The translations under genes and the position numbers were made by a program. Below the pieces are notes generated by a model. The model was not told the origin of the DNA, searched no databases, and was given only the letters and a program-made list of their open reading frames with translations. A stretch of DNA of 64,000 nucleotides, from contig NC_043013.1 in the NCBI RefSeq assembly GCF_006345805.1, forward strand, positions 26,164,001-26,228,000, given 5' to 3'. The stretch is from Octopus sinensis (taxonomy: Eukaryota). Positions 62,365-64,000 of this stretch are shown piece by piece. Each line of letters opens with the position of its first letter. The stretch's first letter is position 1.

Positions 62365-63720
62365 ATCCCTTATATTATATATATATTATAATTCTGAAAT
62401 GCAAAAAATTTGTATGTCTGGTTTTGGCATTGAGAACGGGTTAAAGGCCACTAGATCCCGTCAGATTGACTCCAAAATTTACAGGGACATGTAAAATGAG
62501 GTGAGGATGCGAGTGGGCTAGGTTAGAAATCCCCATCTTAAAAGGTATCGTTGCTAGGGCCAAAAACGCAAACTTTGACAAGTCTACTCTCATTCTTTTA
62601 TGTGTCTGTCTTTCTCCATCTCTCTCTCTCTTTCCTCCCTTCCTTTCACCATCTCTCTATTGCGTCGTTTCACAGCGTCTATTATCTTTCCCCCGCCGCC
62701 ATCGCATTCTATTATTTGCCTGTCTTCCTCCATCTCTCTCTCTCTCTCTCTCCTCCCTTCCTTTCACATTCTCTCTATAACGTCGTTTGATAGCGTCTAC
62801 TATCTTTCCTCCGCCACCTTCGCAAGCGCTGTCACTCTCTCTCTCTCTCTCTCTCTCTCCCTCTCTCTACGTCTGTCTGCATACATAGAGAGAATTATCA
62901 TCGCCACAACCACCACCACCACCACCACACAATCATGAGAATCTTTCTCTTAAAACAAATCATCTTTAGGTTTCAAAATATTTCATTTTTCAGTCCTCTC
63001 TTTCATATATCACCTTTTCTTCCTCGATCTCTCTCTTTTCCCCCTTCCCTCCAATTTCTCTCTCTATAACGACGTTTGACACCTCACCGTCTCTCTTTCT
63101 TCTCCAACGCGTCGCTGAATGTATTTCTGTTTGTATATATAAAGACGAAACTTGACAGCCGCAAAAGTTTAAATATTCCCACCACAGGTCTTTCAGAAAG
63201 GTCATTTATTATCTCCCACCACCACCGCACAATTACAACAGATATTATTTATCAAAAGATATGTTATTATTTTGCGTGGATAAAAGATTTTAAAGAATTT
63301 ATTTCTATGCTCAAGGCGACCGTCGTTAACAAAAATTTGTCGGTAAATTTGAAAAATTTTCCAGTTTTGAAATATTTACTTCTTAACTATTTCATTCGTT
63401 TTCTCATTGTAAGCCAAATCATCTTTAGGCTTCAAACTATTTTATTTTTCAGTCCTCTCTTTCATATATCACCTTTTCTTCCTAGATCTCTCTCTTTTCC
63501 CCCTTCCCTCCAATTTCTTCCTACAACTACGTTTGACAGCTTCGCCGTCTCTCTGTTACTCTTTCTTCCAAAATTTACAGGGACATGTAAAATGAGGTGA
63601 GGATGCGAATGGGCTAGATTAGAAATCCCTATCTTAAAAGGTGTGGTTACTAGGGCAAAAAATACACACTTTGACAAGTCTTCTCTCTTTCATATATGAC
63701 CTTTTCTTCCTCCGTCTCTA
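62365..63720 (+). mobile_element. Non-autonomous Helitron-like repeat with internal duplications and (CT)n tracts
   Basis: 5' pattern tatattataattctgaaatgc..tttgtatgtctg; block 62472-62595 repeated at 63568-63690; block 62955-63100 repeated at 63416-63560. Confidence 0.45.
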
Positions 63721-64000
63721 CCTCTCCTGAGCGAATAAAGAATGGATCAAATATCTCTACAACTTTAAAAACACAACAGTCTTCTTTAGACCTTCACAAA
63801 AGCAACCGCATATATTGCTAGCTGAACCGATACTCCAACATATAGCACCATATGCATGGTTTTCCAAAATGTCAGAGCGTAAAAAGAAGACAAGCCGAGT
63901 TGTTTCGCCATTGGTTTTTCTCAGACTAAGATCATATTTCGATGACGTTGACCATTTCGATGATGTTGACCATTGTTTTACGGATGTTTTTGTGCAAGAA

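Overview
AT-rich, repeat-dense eukaryotic genomic DNA. The SINE, RTE-LINE and microsatellite content looks like a coleoid cephalopod (Octopus-like); this is an inference. The window holds the 5' part of one long minus-strand gene for a TRPM-family cation channel. I reconstructed about 21 GT-AG coding exons with compatible phases by hand, from a putative ATG at 48109 down to 3096 (about 680 aa); the gene continues off the left edge. Ten exons (31588 to 3096) encode the conserved TRPM N-terminal MHR1-4/SLOG region. The exons upstream (48109 to 33274) encode a roughly 230-250 aa low-complexity N-terminal extension. That extension appears to have been built by tandem duplication of a two-exon module: the introns still share an identical 16-nt donor motif, similar acceptor flanks and a 28-bp minisatellite, while the exons have diverged. 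Introns and flanks are full of mobile elements: RTE LINEs (one near full length, with a PHD finger and a variable 62-67 bp 3'-UTR minisatellite), CR1 and L1/Tx1 fragments, relics of Tc1, mariner, Merlin, hAT, piggyBac-like and Helitron elements, several SINE families and microsatellites. I found no rRNA, true tRNA or CRISPR features. All coordinates were read by eye; exon boundaries were checked by length and phase, and element boundaries are approximate.
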